A DNA stretch of 64,000 nucleotides, from positions 1-64,000 of the forward strand of contig CAWBMP010000004.1 in assembly GCA_963790025.1 (NCBI GenBank), written 5' to 3'. Under the pieces are notes generated by a model. It was not told the DNA's origin. It made no database searches and saw only the letters and a list, made by a program, of their open reading frames with translations. Made by a program: the position numbers and the translations under genes. Of the stretch, positions 51,506 to 61,166 are shown piece by piece. This stretch comes from Nitrospirota bacterium. Its GTDB lineage: Bacteria > Nitrospirota > Thermodesulfovibrionia > Thermodesulfovibrionales > Dissulfurispiraceae. Position 1 is the first letter of the stretch; each line of letters starts with the position of its first letter.

Positions 51506-52900
51506 ATGGATATTATTGCGAAAGTGAAGAATACCATATTGAAGTATTCCATGCTGGCGCCAGGGGACGGTGTCCTCGTCGGGCTTTCCGGTGGACCGGA
51601 TTCCGTCTGTCTTCTGGCAATACTCAGCCGCCTGAGAGGGCACTTTAAGATTAATTTATTTGCCGAATATATAGATCATGGGCTAAGGCCGGACGAGACG
51701 CCGGATGAAGCCGCTTTTTGCGCGCAACTATGCGATTCATTGAATATTCCCTTTTCGGTGAAAGCAGTCGACGTCAAATCGTTCTCTAAAATGCACAGGG
51801 TGAACAAACAAGAGGCCGCCAGGGAATTGAGGTATAATGCTCTTTCCGATACGGCCCAGGTTGTGGGAGCTCACAAGATTGCACTTGGTCATACTGCCGA
51901 TGACCAGGCGGAGACCGTTATCATGCGGCTCGTAAGAGGAGCGGGGACTTTAGGGCTTTCAGGCATACCTCCAGTCAGAAAGAGAATAATGAGGCCTCTT
52001 ATCGGCACAGAAAGAAAAGAAATTGAACTCTTTCTGGACGCTGAACAAATTGGCTTCATTATCGATTCATCCAACCGTGGAGACAAATATATGAGAAACA
52101 AGGTCAGACACACGGTAATGCCGGCATTAAGAGATTTGGGCGTTGATGCGGTCATGACTATATCGAGGACAGCGGATATTTTCAGGGAAGAGGAAAACTA
52201 CCTTGAGTTGCAGGTAAGCAAAACCCTTATGAGATCAATAGGCAGAAAGACTGCCACAGCTATTGAATTGTTCTATTTGCCTTTGGAAAAAATGGACCGT
52301 GCGATAGTAAGGAGAATTCTCAGAAGAGCAGTGGGTGCAGTGGAAGGGCTCCGTGGGATAGCCTTTATACATATCGAAGCATTGCTTGAACTGGTGAAAT
52401 CGGGTCATGCCGGTGACAGGATATCCCTGCCCCGCGGGATACGGGCGATAAAAGGATACTCTACCCTTACCATCACCTCCGATCTGCCTGCGGCCCTCAA
52501 AACATATACCCTGGAAGGTCCAGGAGAGCTTGTGATTAAAGAGGCAGCTGTAGTGCTTGTATGCACACCTCTTGATAACTTTGACGCAGCGGAGAAAACC
52601 GCTTGCTGTGATGGCAGGAAGAAAGCAGTGTTTGATGCCGCCAAAGTGCATTTTCCCTTTTATGTCCGTTCACGGAAACCTGGAGACTATTTTTATCCCT
52701 CCGGGTTCGGGAAAAAGAAAAAACTTCAGGACTATTTTGTTGACGAGAAAGTGCCGAGAGATGAGCGGGATGGCATACCCCTGCTGCTCAGCGATAACGA
52801 GATTTTATGGATAATCGGATACCGTACCGACGAGCGGTACCGGATTGATAAAAGTACTGTAAAGGGATTAGAATTTGAGATAAAAGCATTAAATGCATAA
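51506..52900 (+). CDS. tilS: tRNA(Ile)-lysidine synthetase
   Basis: SGGPDS, HGLR, GHTADDQAET, RN.VRH. Confidence 0.96.
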   Translation: MDIIAKVKNTILKYSMLAPGDGVLVGLSGGPDSVCLLAILSRLRGHFKINLFAEYIDHGLRPDETPDEAAFCAQLCDSLNIPFSVKAVDVKSFSKMHRVNKQEAARELRYNALSDTAQVVGAHKIALGHTADDQAETVIMRLVRGAGTLGLSGIPPVRKRIMRPLIGTERKEIELFLDAEQIGFIIDSSNRGDKYMRNKVRHTVMPALRDLGVDAVMTISRTADIFREEENYLELQVSKTLMRSIGRKTATAIELFYLPLEKMDRAIVRRILRRAVGAVEGLRGIAFIHIEALLELVKSGHAGDRISLPRGIRAIKGYSTLTITSDLPAALKTYTLEGPGELVIKEAAVVLVCTPLDNFDAAEKTACCDGRKKAVFDAAKVHFPFYVRSRKPGDYFYPSGFGKKKKLQDYFVDEKVPRDERDGIPLLLSDNEILWIIGYRTDERYRIDKSTVKGLEFEIKALNA

Positions 52901-52930
52901 TGCTTTAAATATATAATCCGGAGGAAATAC

Positions 52931-54391
52931 GTGCGACACAGATTACTTTCAGCGAATACACTTCATAAGACTTTAACAGGGTGCGTTGCATCCCTGCTTT
53001 TATTGCTGTCCTTGTGTCTTGTGCTGCCTGTTCCGGTGAGGGCGGACATTTCGGACAAGGAAGCTACGGAGCTGCTCTCAAAATTCGGGGATGCCATGGC
53101 GAAAGTGGCGGAAAGGGTGACCCCGGCAGTTGTTAATATTTCAACAACCAGAACATTTAAAGCTCCCAGGAACCCTTTTGCCGAAGACCCCTTTTTCAAG
53201 CGATTTTTCGGTGAAATCCCCCAGGGTGAACAAAAGAGAAAGGCCACGAGCCTCGGTTCAGGATTCATAGCAAAAGCAGACGGGTATATAATTACAAACA
53301 ACCATGTTATTGAAGGCGCTGAGGACATTCTTGTGAAACTCGCCGATGACAGGGAGTACAAGGGCAAAGTTGTAGGCATCGATTCACGGACTGATGTTGC
53401 CGTTATCAAGATAAATGAGAAAAACCTCCCCGTTATTCCCTGGGGAGACTCCGATAAATTAAAAGTGGGCGAAGTAATACTCGCAATCGGCAACCCCTAT
53501 GGCCTCAGCCATACCATTACCATGGGAATTATAAGCGCTCTCGGCAGGGTTGGAATGGGCCTCAGCGATTATGAAGATTTCATACAGACCGATGCGGCGA
53601 TAAACCCCGGCAATTCCGGGGGCCCGCTGGTGAATGTAAGGGGTGAAGTGATAGGCGTCACTAACGCAATATTCAGCACGAGCGGCGGCTATCAGGGGAT
53701 AGGGTTTGCGATACCTTCAAATATGGTAAAAAATGTGATGGACAGCATAATCAGCCAGGGGAAAGTGGTGCGCGGCTGGCTCGGCGTGCAGATACAGCCG
53801 CTCACACCCGAACTTGCGGCACAATTCAAATTAAAAGATGATAACGGTGTTCTGCTCGTCGATACTGTTGAGGCCGGGCCTGCAGACAAAAGCGGTCTGA
53901 AAAGGGGTGATGTTATTGTTGAATACGACGGCAAAAAGATCAACGACCCCTTCCATTTCAAAAACATGGTAGCTGAAACAAAACCCGGCAAATCTGTGTC
54001 TCTCACGATAATGAGGGACGGTAGCCTGCTGAAAAAGATTGTCACTATCGGTGAGCTGCCGGGAGAGTCGAAGGTTTTGCCACCAGTCGAGACCGACAAT
54101 GCATTAAAGGGAGTGTCGGTGCAGGAAGTCACCGACGAATATCGTCAAAAAATGGGCGTTACGGAGAGGGAAAAAGGCGTAGTCGTCAGCAATATTACTG
54201 AGAACAGCCCTGCCCTCGGTATCCTGACAAAAGGAGATATCATCCTTGAAGTTAACAGAACGCCGGTGATCAACACGAATGCATATAATAAAATTGTATC
54301 CGGCATTGAGGTCAATCACAACGTCCTGGTTCTGATAGTCAGAGGCGGCGTACGACAGTACATAACTATACCGGGAAAAGGGGCAAAATAA
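52931..54391 (+). CDS. DegP/DegQ protease with two PDZ domains
   Basis: TNNHV, GNSGGPL, two PDZ domains. Confidence 0.93.
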   Translation: MRHRLLSANTLHKTLTGCVASLLLLLSLCLVLPVPVRADISDKEATELLSKFGDAMAKVAERVTPAVVNISTTRTFKAPRNPFAEDPFFKRFFGEIPQGEQKRKATSLGSGFIAKADGYIITNNHVIEGAEDILVKLADDREYKGKVVGIDSRTDVAVIKINEKNLPVIPWGDSDKLKVGEVILAIGNPYGLSHTITMGIISALGRVGMGLSDYEDFIQTDAAINPGNSGGPLVNVRGEVIGVTNAIFSTSGGYQGIGFAIPSNMVKNVMDSIISQGKVVRGWLGVQIQPLTPELAAQFKLKDDNGVLLVDTVEAGPADKSGLKRGDVIVEYDGKKINDPFHFKNMVAETKPGKSVSLTIMRDGSLLKKIVTIGELPGESKVLPPVETDNALKGVSVQEVTDEYRQKMGVTEREKGVVVSNITENSPALGILTKGDIILEVNRTPVINTNAYNKIVSGIEVNHNVLVLIVRGGVRQYITIPGKGAK

Positions 54392-54402
54392 ATAGTTCAA
54401 AG

Positions 54403-55539
54403 TTAACTTTCAATTTCACTTAATATTCTTACCATTACTTCGGTGCTCAGAACAAGACCTTTTGTGGTAAGACGAAGATAATCGTCTTTGCTTTCGATAA
54501 GACCGTGGTGCATGAGGTCAGCCACGGCCTTGCTTTTTAGCAACCTCTCGCTTTCAGGCAGCAGGCGGATATCGGTCCCCTCTGTCTTTCTTAGGCCAAG
54601 GAATATCATTTCCTTAAATGCATCCTTTTCCCCAATAATGATTTCCTCGTCAACAGGCATGATTGCACTTTTTATTAATTGCATATAGCTGTCAAGATGA
54701 CGTATGTTGCCTGTTCGTCTGCCTTTAATAAAAGAGTGAGCGCCGGCACCGACACCCAGGTATTCACCCCGGTCCCAATAGTTCAGATTATGAACACATT
54801 CATGTCCTGGTTTCGCAAAATTCGATATTTCGTAATGAACATAGCCGTGCTCCTTCATCATTTCCAGCGCGGCATAATACATTTCAGTGACAAGCACTTC
54901 GTCGGGCAATTGATAAACGCCTGTCGCCAGCCTGGCATGAAGGAGCGTACTTTCTTCCGGCGTAAGTTCATAGGCCGATACATGTTCGGGAGAAAGCTCA
55001 AGCGCCCTGCTCATCGTATTTTGCCATATATCGATACTCTGACCGGGGATGCCGTATATCAAGTCAAGAGAGATATTGTCAAAACCAGCCTTTCTTGCAC
55101 CCCTTATCGCTGTATATGCATCCTCAACGCTATGACTTCTGCCCAGGGTGCGAAGCTCCTGGTCCGAAAACGATTGCATGCCGATACTAACACGGTTGAT
55201 TCCGGTTTCCCTTAAAGCGGCCAGTTGTCCTTCGGAAATCGTGCCGGGATTCGCCTCAATAGTGATTTCGGCCCCTGAAGCTATAGAAAATATCTCTTTT
55301 GCATTGGATAGAATGGCCATTACCTGTTTCGCAGAAAGAAGCGTCGGCGTGCCGCCCCCCAGATAGACCGTCCTGAGATTGCCCGCGCTACTCTCCCTTA
55401 ATTTCATTTCTCTCAAAAGAGAGCTCACGTATTCTGCAATCGCATCAACGCCGGAACTACCGATAGGAACAGAGTAAAAATCGCAATAATCGCATTTAGC
55501 AATGCAGAAAGGGACATGGATATAAAGGTATTTGACCAT
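54403..55539 (-). CDS. hemW: Radical SAM heme chaperone HemW (HemN-like)
   Basis: YIHVPFCIAKCDYCDF, GGGTP, YEISNFA, HNLNYW. Confidence 0.9.
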   Translation of the reverse strand: MVKYLYIHVPFCIAKCDYCDFYSVPIGSSGVDAIAEYVSSLLREMKLRESSAGNLRTVYLGGGTPTLLSAKQVMAILSNAKEIFSIASGAEITIEANPGTISEGQLAALRETGINRVSIGMQSFSDQELRTLGRSHSVEDAYTAIRGARKAGFDNISLDLIYGIPGQSIDIWQNTMSRALELSPEHVSAYELTPEESTLLHARLATGVYQLPDEVLVTEMYYAALEMMKEHGYVHYEISNFAKPGHECVHNLNYWDRGEYLGVGAGAHSFIKGRRTGNIRHLDSYMQLIKSAIMPVDEEIIIGEKDAFKEMIFLGLRKTEGTDIRLLPESERLLKSKAVADLMHHGLIESKDDYLRLTTKGLVLSTEVMVRILSEIES

Positions 55540-55655
55540 AAGATATCGTCGATAAATTATAACAGAAAAGATGCAAAGTACGGCTCGTTTTACTCTTAGG
55601 AGGTCTTGAAAGTCCGACAGGCCCGCAGCAGTTTGTATTATGATGTTGCGCTCTC

Positions 55656-56462
55656 TTAAGCGAGAAGATTGAGTATCTGACCGTTTTGCTGGTTTGCCTG
55701 ATTCAGGACGTAAATCGATGCTTGCAGCCTCACTTTGTCTGCCATCTGCTTGGATGCCTCGGATGCAAGATCGGCGTCGCTTATCTGCGAATAGGCGCTT
55801 GCGGTGTTTACGGCACTATTTGAGAGGCTTTCAGCTGTCGAGCTGAGTCCGTTCTCAGCAGCCCCTATGTTGGACTGTTGTGATGAAATTGCATCTATTG
55901 CGTTTGCCACGGAGGAGATCGCCGATTCTGACTGTGCCTGCGTCTCCGTACCGGCGCCTGACAAGCCCAGGTTTCCGTTGGTGATGTTTCCCGTTGGCAC
56001 GGTGCTCTGGTCTCCCGCACCGGTTCCCGACTGGATGCCTATCGATGATGCGCTTCCGTCCAGGATTGAGATTCCGTTAAATGAAGTATTCTGTGCAATA
56101 TCGCCAACCGCAGCGTTCAGCTGCTGGAATTGGGTGTCGATGTCGTTCAAGTCGGAGGACGTAAGGATGCCGTCTCCCCCCTCCACCGCCAGAGTGCTCA
56201 TGGCCTGCAGGTCATTGCCGGCGTCCGACATTCCTCCAGATGCAGTCTCCAGCATATTCATCCCGTCTGCAACGTTGTTTTCCGCCTGCTGGCTGCCGTT
56301 AAGTTGTGATAAGAGACTTTGTGCTATGGAATAGTCGGCCGAGTTGTCTGAGGCATCGTTGAGCTGGCTGCCAGTGCAAAGTCTTTGAAGAGGCTGAGTA
56401 AGCAGATTGTAGGCGTTGCTTATAGAATTCACTGAATCACCGTTATTTGTAATGCTGATCAT
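55656..56462 (-). CDS. Divergent acidic flagellin-like protein
   Basis: QRLCTGSQLNDASDN, N..DG..ML.TA.GG, T.FNG..LDGS, IGA.EN, S.ISDAD.A.E, QANQ. Confidence 0.85.
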   Translation of the reverse strand: MISITNNGDSVNSISNAYNLLTQPLQRLCTGSQLNDASDNSADYSIAQSLLSQLNGSQQAENNVADGMNMLETASGGMSDAGNDLQAMSTLAVEGGDGILTSSDLNDIDTQFQQLNAAVGDIAQNTSFNGISILDGSASSIGIQSGTGAGDQSTVPTGNITNGNLGLSGAGTETQAQSESAISSVANAIDAISSQQSNIGAAENGLSSTAESLSNSAVNTASAYSQISDADLASEASKQMADKVRLQASIYVLNQANQQNGQILNLLA

Positions 56463-56618
56463 GCTGTTAGGTTACAACATTAAAAATTATTTGTCAAGTA
56501 AAAAATGCACAGTAAAAAATGCACGTTTTTCTGAAACAGGTAATAATTCCGATAACATACTAAATTAATAGTATTTTTCTAAATTAAATAGGCTGTCCAC
56601 GGAACAAGAGCTGAGCCT

Positions 56619-56768
56619 GATGCTGGGCTTATCCCGGAAGGGGAGGAAATTCTTGCCGTTGCAGGCACAGGCAGGGGCTCCGATACAGTGCTGGGGATAA
56701 AATCAGCAGTGTCGAAACGGTTTTTTGATCTCAGCGTACTTGAAGTGCCGGCAAAACCGAGAGGTTAG
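56619..56768 (+). pseudogene. 3' relic of a pyruvate-kinase-C-terminal-like (MTH1675/COG1751-type) gene
   Basis: DAGLIPEGEEILAVAGTGRGSDTVLGIKSAVSKRFFDLSVLEVPAKPRG*; no start codon. Confidence 0.7.
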
Positions 56769-57853
56769 TTAATATACCCTTCGACGAGGATATCTTCTCC
56801 GATCTTTCTTACACGCATATCGCTGACGCGGTAAGAGTCTTCAAGTTGCCTGAAGACACTGCCTCCGATTGCGGTAAACGAATGCCTGCCGCCCATTATC
56901 TTTGGAGCAATAAAGAACGCCACTTTATCAACAATGCCGTCTTGTAGTGCATAAGCTCCCAGAGAAGGGCCGCCTTCTATCATGACTGATGTAAAGCCGC
57001 GTCTGCCTAATTCCCCCATGAGCCACTGAAGGTCCACACGCTCTCCTATATACTCAATAACTTCCACACCCTTATCGAGAAGCATCCGCCTTTTTAACAG
57101 CAGTTCTGCTGACTGACGGTCATCAGCCGCGGCCTTCTTTGTGACAAGTATAGTTTTAGGTGGAAGTCTGAAAATATGGTAGTCCAGCGGAGTTTCGAGA
57201 TGGGGATCTATGACGATTCTTTCAGGCTGGCGCACTCTGACAGCAGTCCTCGCAGTAAGGCGGGGGTTGTCGGCCTTAACGGTACCGACAGCTGTAAGCA
57301 CAGCATCCGATCTGCTCCTCATACGGTGGACAAGACGCCTTGATTGCTCGCCGGTTATCCATTTAGAGTGTCTCTCGGGGGTTGCAATCTTTCCGTCGAG
57401 GGTCATGGCAACTTTCAAAGTGACAAAAGGGTTACCTGTAGTGATATATTTTACATACGTCTCATTGAGTCTTTGCGCTTCGTGCTTTAAAAGTCCCTCA
57501 CTGACTTCTATCCCATGCCGTCTCAGTTCAAGTATCCCTTTGCCGGATACTTTCGGATTTGGATCTTCCATGCCGACAATGACCCGCCCGATGTTTGCAT
57601 CTATTATAGATTTTGTGCACGGAGGCGTCTTTTTATCGAGATGGCAGCAGGGCTCCAGTGTCACATAGAGGGTAGAGCCTTTAGCCTTATCACCCGCCTT
57701 GAGAATTGCCAATGCTTCAGCATGGAGCTTTCCAGCCTTCCTATGGTAGTCCTCTGCAATAACACGGCCGTTTTTTACTAATACAGCCCCGACCATCGGG
57801 TTAGGTCTTGTCATGCCTCTGGCCCGTGCTGCGAGCCGCAAGGCCCGCCTCAT
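56765..57853 (-). CDS. ribD: Riboflavin biosynthesis deaminase/reductase (start approximate)
   Basis: PNPMVG, HAE, TLEPC..PPC, TLDGKIAT, IEGG. Confidence 0.95.
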   Translation of the reverse strand: MRRALRLAARARGMTRPNPMVGAVLVKNGRVIAEDYHRKAGKLHAEALAILKAGDKAKGSTLYVTLEPCCHLDKKTPPCTKSIIDANIGRVIVGMEDPNPKVSGKGILELRRHGIEVSEGLLKHEAQRLNETYVKYITTGNPFVTLKVAMTLDGKIATPERHSKWITGEQSRRLVHRMRSRSDAVLTAVGTVKADNPRLTARTAVRVRQPERIVIDPHLETPLDYHIFRLPPKTILVTKKAAADDRQSAELLLKRRMLLDKGVEVIEYIGERVDLQWLMGELGRRGFTSVMIEGGPSLGAYALQDGIVDKVAFFIAPKIMGGRHSFTAIGGSVFRQLEDSYRVSDMRVRKIGEDILVEGYIN

Positions 57854-57870
57854 GAAGATTTTATCCTTGT

Positions 57871-59334
57871 CTAAAATCCGTACTCCTTCCATCGGCCATC
57901 GACCAACCGTTTTACTTCCTCGGTCATAAACAGCTCTTGCGGCCACTCCCTCATCATGCCCTCTTCCCTTGTTTTTCTTGTTGCATCAACGCCCATTTTT
58001 GATCCGTATCGTGGCCAGTTGGCAGCATGGTCAAGGTCGTCAAGCGGACCGTCCGCTATAACAACGTCCCGTTTCCAGTCCACATTATTAAGGACGCGCC
58101 ACGCAGTATATGAAATATCCTGAACATCCACATCATCATCAACGATAACGAGGAGTTTTGCAAACATCATCTGGCCCTTGCCCCATAGTCCGTGAATTAT
58201 CTTCTTGGCATGTCCGGGGTAGCTCTTTTTGATAGAAATCAATGCTGCGTTATGAAAAACTCCTTCCATAGGAAGGTTAAGATCTTTGATTTCGGGAAAG
58301 TCGAGCTTTATAAGAGGCAGAAAAATGCGTTCCGTCGCTTTGCCCATATAACAATCTTCCATAGGGGGCTTCCCGACTATAGTGGCAGGGTACACCATAT
58401 CTCTTCTGTGAGTAATGCAGTCTACATGGAACACCGGATAGTCGTCAGCCGCCGAGTAGAAACCGGTATGGTCGCCGAAGGGTCCTTCGATACGCATTTC
58501 TCCGGGCTGAAGATGCCCCTCTATCACCATTTCACTGTTCGCAGGCACCTCTATATCGGAAGTTATGCATTTCACCATCTCTACCGGGGACCTGCGCAGA
58601 AAGCCCGCAAAAAGCATCTCATCAACGGATTCGGGAAGCGGCGCGCTCGCTGAATATATCACTGCCGGGTCGCTGCCGACGGCAATAGCGGCAGGCATCT
58701 TCTGCTCGGAATCCTTATACCGGTCATAGTGGCGAGCCCCGTCCTTATGAATGTGCCAATGCATGCCGGTGGTGGCTTTGTCATATACATGTATGCGGTA
58801 CATGCCGCAATTCTGACGACCTGTCCGGGGGTCTCTTGTGAAAACCATCGGAAGCGTTATAAACCGCCCCTCATCGGTGGGCTGTCCGTCACCGGGCCAG
58901 CACTTGATTATGGGGAATTTGCTCAAGTCCGGATTGTCTTTTTCCACAATCTCCTGGCATGCTGCGCTTCTTACCGTCTTGGGAAGATACTGTGAGAATT
59001 CCAGGAGTTTAGGCAGCATTGACAGCTTTTCAATCAATGTCTTCGGGGGCGCCTGATTAAGCATCTCTTCGATACGAGCGGCGACATCATCGAGTTTTTT
59101 TACTTCAAGGGCAAGGCACATACGCTCAAAAGAACCGAATAGATTGGTAGCTACAGGATATGGCGAGCCTTTTACTTTTTCAAAATAAAGCGCCTTTCCT
59201 CCATTCGGGCCCTTGCACATCCTGTCGGTAATCTCGGTTATTTCAAGAACAGGATCGACCTCGACCTTTATCCTATGGAGAAGTCCTTTTGTTTCCAGGA
59301 GCCTGATAAAGTCTCTTAAATCATTAAATGCCAT
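57871..59334 (-). CDS. UbiD-family decarboxylase, likely menaquinone (futalosine pathway) type
   Basis: N.GMYR, MHWHIHKDG, EGPFGDHTGFY, SKMGVDAT. Confidence 0.9.
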   Translation of the reverse strand: MAFNDLRDFIRLLETKGLLHRIKVEVDPVLEITEITDRMCKGPNGGKALYFEKVKGSPYPVATNLFGSFERMCLALEVKKLDDVAARIEEMLNQAPPKTLIEKLSMLPKLLEFSQYLPKTVRSAACQEIVEKDNPDLSKFPIIKCWPGDGQPTDEGRFITLPMVFTRDPRTGRQNCGMYRIHVYDKATTGMHWHIHKDGARHYDRYKDSEQKMPAAIAVGSDPAVIYSASAPLPESVDEMLFAGFLRRSPVEMVKCITSDIEVPANSEMVIEGHLQPGEMRIEGPFGDHTGFYSAADDYPVFHVDCITHRRDMVYPATIVGKPPMEDCYMGKATERIFLPLIKLDFPEIKDLNLPMEGVFHNAALISIKKSYPGHAKKIIHGLWGKGQMMFAKLLVIVDDDVDVQDISYTAWRVLNNVDWKRDVVIADGPLDDLDHAANWPRYGSKMGVDATRKTREEGMMREWPQELFMTEEVKRLVDGRWKEYGF

Positions 59335-59488
59335 TTAAATAAAACAGGCAAAGGCAGAGGTAAAGGTAAAGTAAAGTCAAAACACAAATAGAATTTATCT
59401 TTCTCTTTACATTTATTTTGCATCTTTGCCTGCATTTCCTTCCTTTTTACTTTTCTTTATTATTTATATCTATACCTTTGCCTGTATT

Positions 59489-59902
59489 TTACAGTATTTC
59501 CAGAGCCGAAAAGAAGTAAGGTATTTCGAAAGCTGCGGATTCCGTAGAATCAGAGCCATGCACAATGTTCCTTTCGACACTCTCAGCAAAGTCTTTCCTG
59601 ATGGTCCCCGGCAAGGCATTTGCAGGATTTGTCGCTCCCATAATTTCCCTGTTTTTTGCAATGGCGTTTTCACCTTCGAGCACGATCACGACGATCGGCC
59701 CCTCCGACATGAATTCGGTCAGGCTATCGTAGAACGGCCTTTCCTTGTGGACAATATAAAACCCCTCTGCTCCGCCTTTTGTCAGCTTGATCTTTTTCAT
59801 AGCGGCGACCCCCAGGCCGTTTTTCTCGAACCTCCCGATGATCTCACCGATAATATTTTTTTTCACTCCGTCAGGCTTGATGATAGACAGCGTCCTCTCC
59901 AT
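59489..59902 (-). CDS. ndk: Nucleoside diphosphate kinase
   Basis: [20 protein letters not shown]. Confidence 0.97.
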   Translation of the reverse strand: MERTLSIIKPDGVKKNIIGEIIGRFEKNGLGVAAMKKIKLTKGGAEGFYIVHKERPFYDSLTEFMSEGPIVVIVLEGENAIAKNREIMGATNPANALPGTIRKDFAESVERNIVHGSDSTESAAFEIPYFFSALEIL

Positions 59903-59913
59903 TTACATCCTCC

Positions 59914-60150
59914 TTAAAACCCACAGATATTGAACGGGCTTTTTATTTTAATTCTCACCTGCTCACCTTCCTGCTCTATCGTATAAGTGCATTTAAAGGA
60001 GCGGACATAGTATTCAAACATTTTCAGCTCCCTGGGATGGTTGTCGATCAGCACCTCGACATCTTCATACACCGCGCAAAGCCCGGCAAGGTGCTTCTTG
60101 AATTCTTTAAGGTGTTCGGGGTGCTCCCTGCCTCTCGCATCAATAAGCAT
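59914..60150 (-). CDS. TusA-fold-like small protein without the CPxP cysteine
   Basis: IDARG followed by REHPEH; VEVLID; 78 aa. Confidence 0.55.
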   Translation of the reverse strand: MLIDARGREHPEHLKEFKKHLAGLCAVYEDVEVLIDNHPRELKMFEYYVRSFKCTYTIEQEGEQVRIKIKSPFNICGF

Positions 60151-60230
60151 AACGTCAAAACGCGCACAGCATACAGCGTACAGCGTTCGGCGCCAAAGGA
60201 TAAGTGTTCATTATAAATTTGTTCATGTCT

Positions 60231-61166
60231 TTAACGCTGAACGCTCAACGCTGTAAGCGTTTTTTCGAGGGTTTCCGTATCCCCTACATTGAATAGGCGA
60301 ACGGACGGATCTATCCTCTTGATCAATCCCGAAAGCACTTTGCCCGGCCCTGCCTCAATAAAAGTATCAATTCCCGACGATACCAGAACCTTAATACAAT
60401 CCTCCCATAAAACCGATTGGCTCAATTGTCTTACAAGTAACTGTCTTATTGCATCAGCGTCCGAAATAAACTGAGCCTCGGCATTATTGACAAAGGGTAT
60501 TCCGGCATTATTGACAGTTACCTCTTCGAGGACCTCCTCGAACCGCCTTCCTGCATCCTTCATCAGTCTGCAGTGTACGGGAACGCTTACTGTTAGAGGC
60601 ACTGCCCGTTTGGCGCCGTGTGCTTTGGCCCGCTCCATGGCGTCCTCAACAGCAGGGCGTTCGCCTGAGATGACAATCTGGGCTGGACAGTTATAGTTAG
60701 CCACTGCGACATAGCCCGAATCAACGGTCTTACAGATATTGTCAATAACCTTCCTGTCCAGTCCGAGGATTGCTGCCACAAGCCCCTTCCCTTCCGGGAC
60801 AGCCTCATGCATTATTTGGCCCCTCATCCCGGTCAGCCATACTGCATCCTCAAACGAGATGCTTCCGGCTGCCACAAGCGCTGAATATTCTCCGAGGCTG
60901 TGACCGGCCACTGAAGAGGGGTGGATATTTCTGGATTTTAAGACGGTATAAGAAGCTATGCTCGCCACAAGCAGGCAGGGCTGCGTCCTGTGCGTTTTAT
61001 TCAGTTCTTCAGCAGGCCCGTTAAAGCTCAAGCCGGCAACATCATAGTCGAGGACCGCGGATGCCGTCTCATACAGAATCTTCACCTCGTCGAAATTGTC
61101 ATAAAGGTCCTTACCCATGCCGACTTGCTGCGAACCCTGCCCGGGGAAAACAAAAGCTGTTTTCAT
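60231..61166 (-). CDS. fabD: Malonyl-CoA:ACP transacylase
   Basis: FPGQGSQ, AGHSLGEY, GPGKVL. Confidence 0.96.
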   Translation of the reverse strand: MKTAFVFPGQGSQQVGMGKDLYDNFDEVKILYETASAVLDYDVAGLSFNGPAEELNKTHRTQPCLLVASIASYTVLKSRNIHPSSVAGHSLGEYSALVAAGSISFEDAVWLTGMRGQIMHEAVPEGKGLVAAILGLDRKVIDNICKTVDSGYVAVANYNCPAQIVISGERPAVEDAMERAKAHGAKRAVPLTVSVPVHCRLMKDAGRRFEEVLEEVTVNNAGIPFVNNAEAQFISDADAIRQLLVRQLSQSVLWEDCIKVLVSSGIDTFIEAGPGKVLSGLIKRIDPSVRLFNVGDTETLEKTLTALSVQR

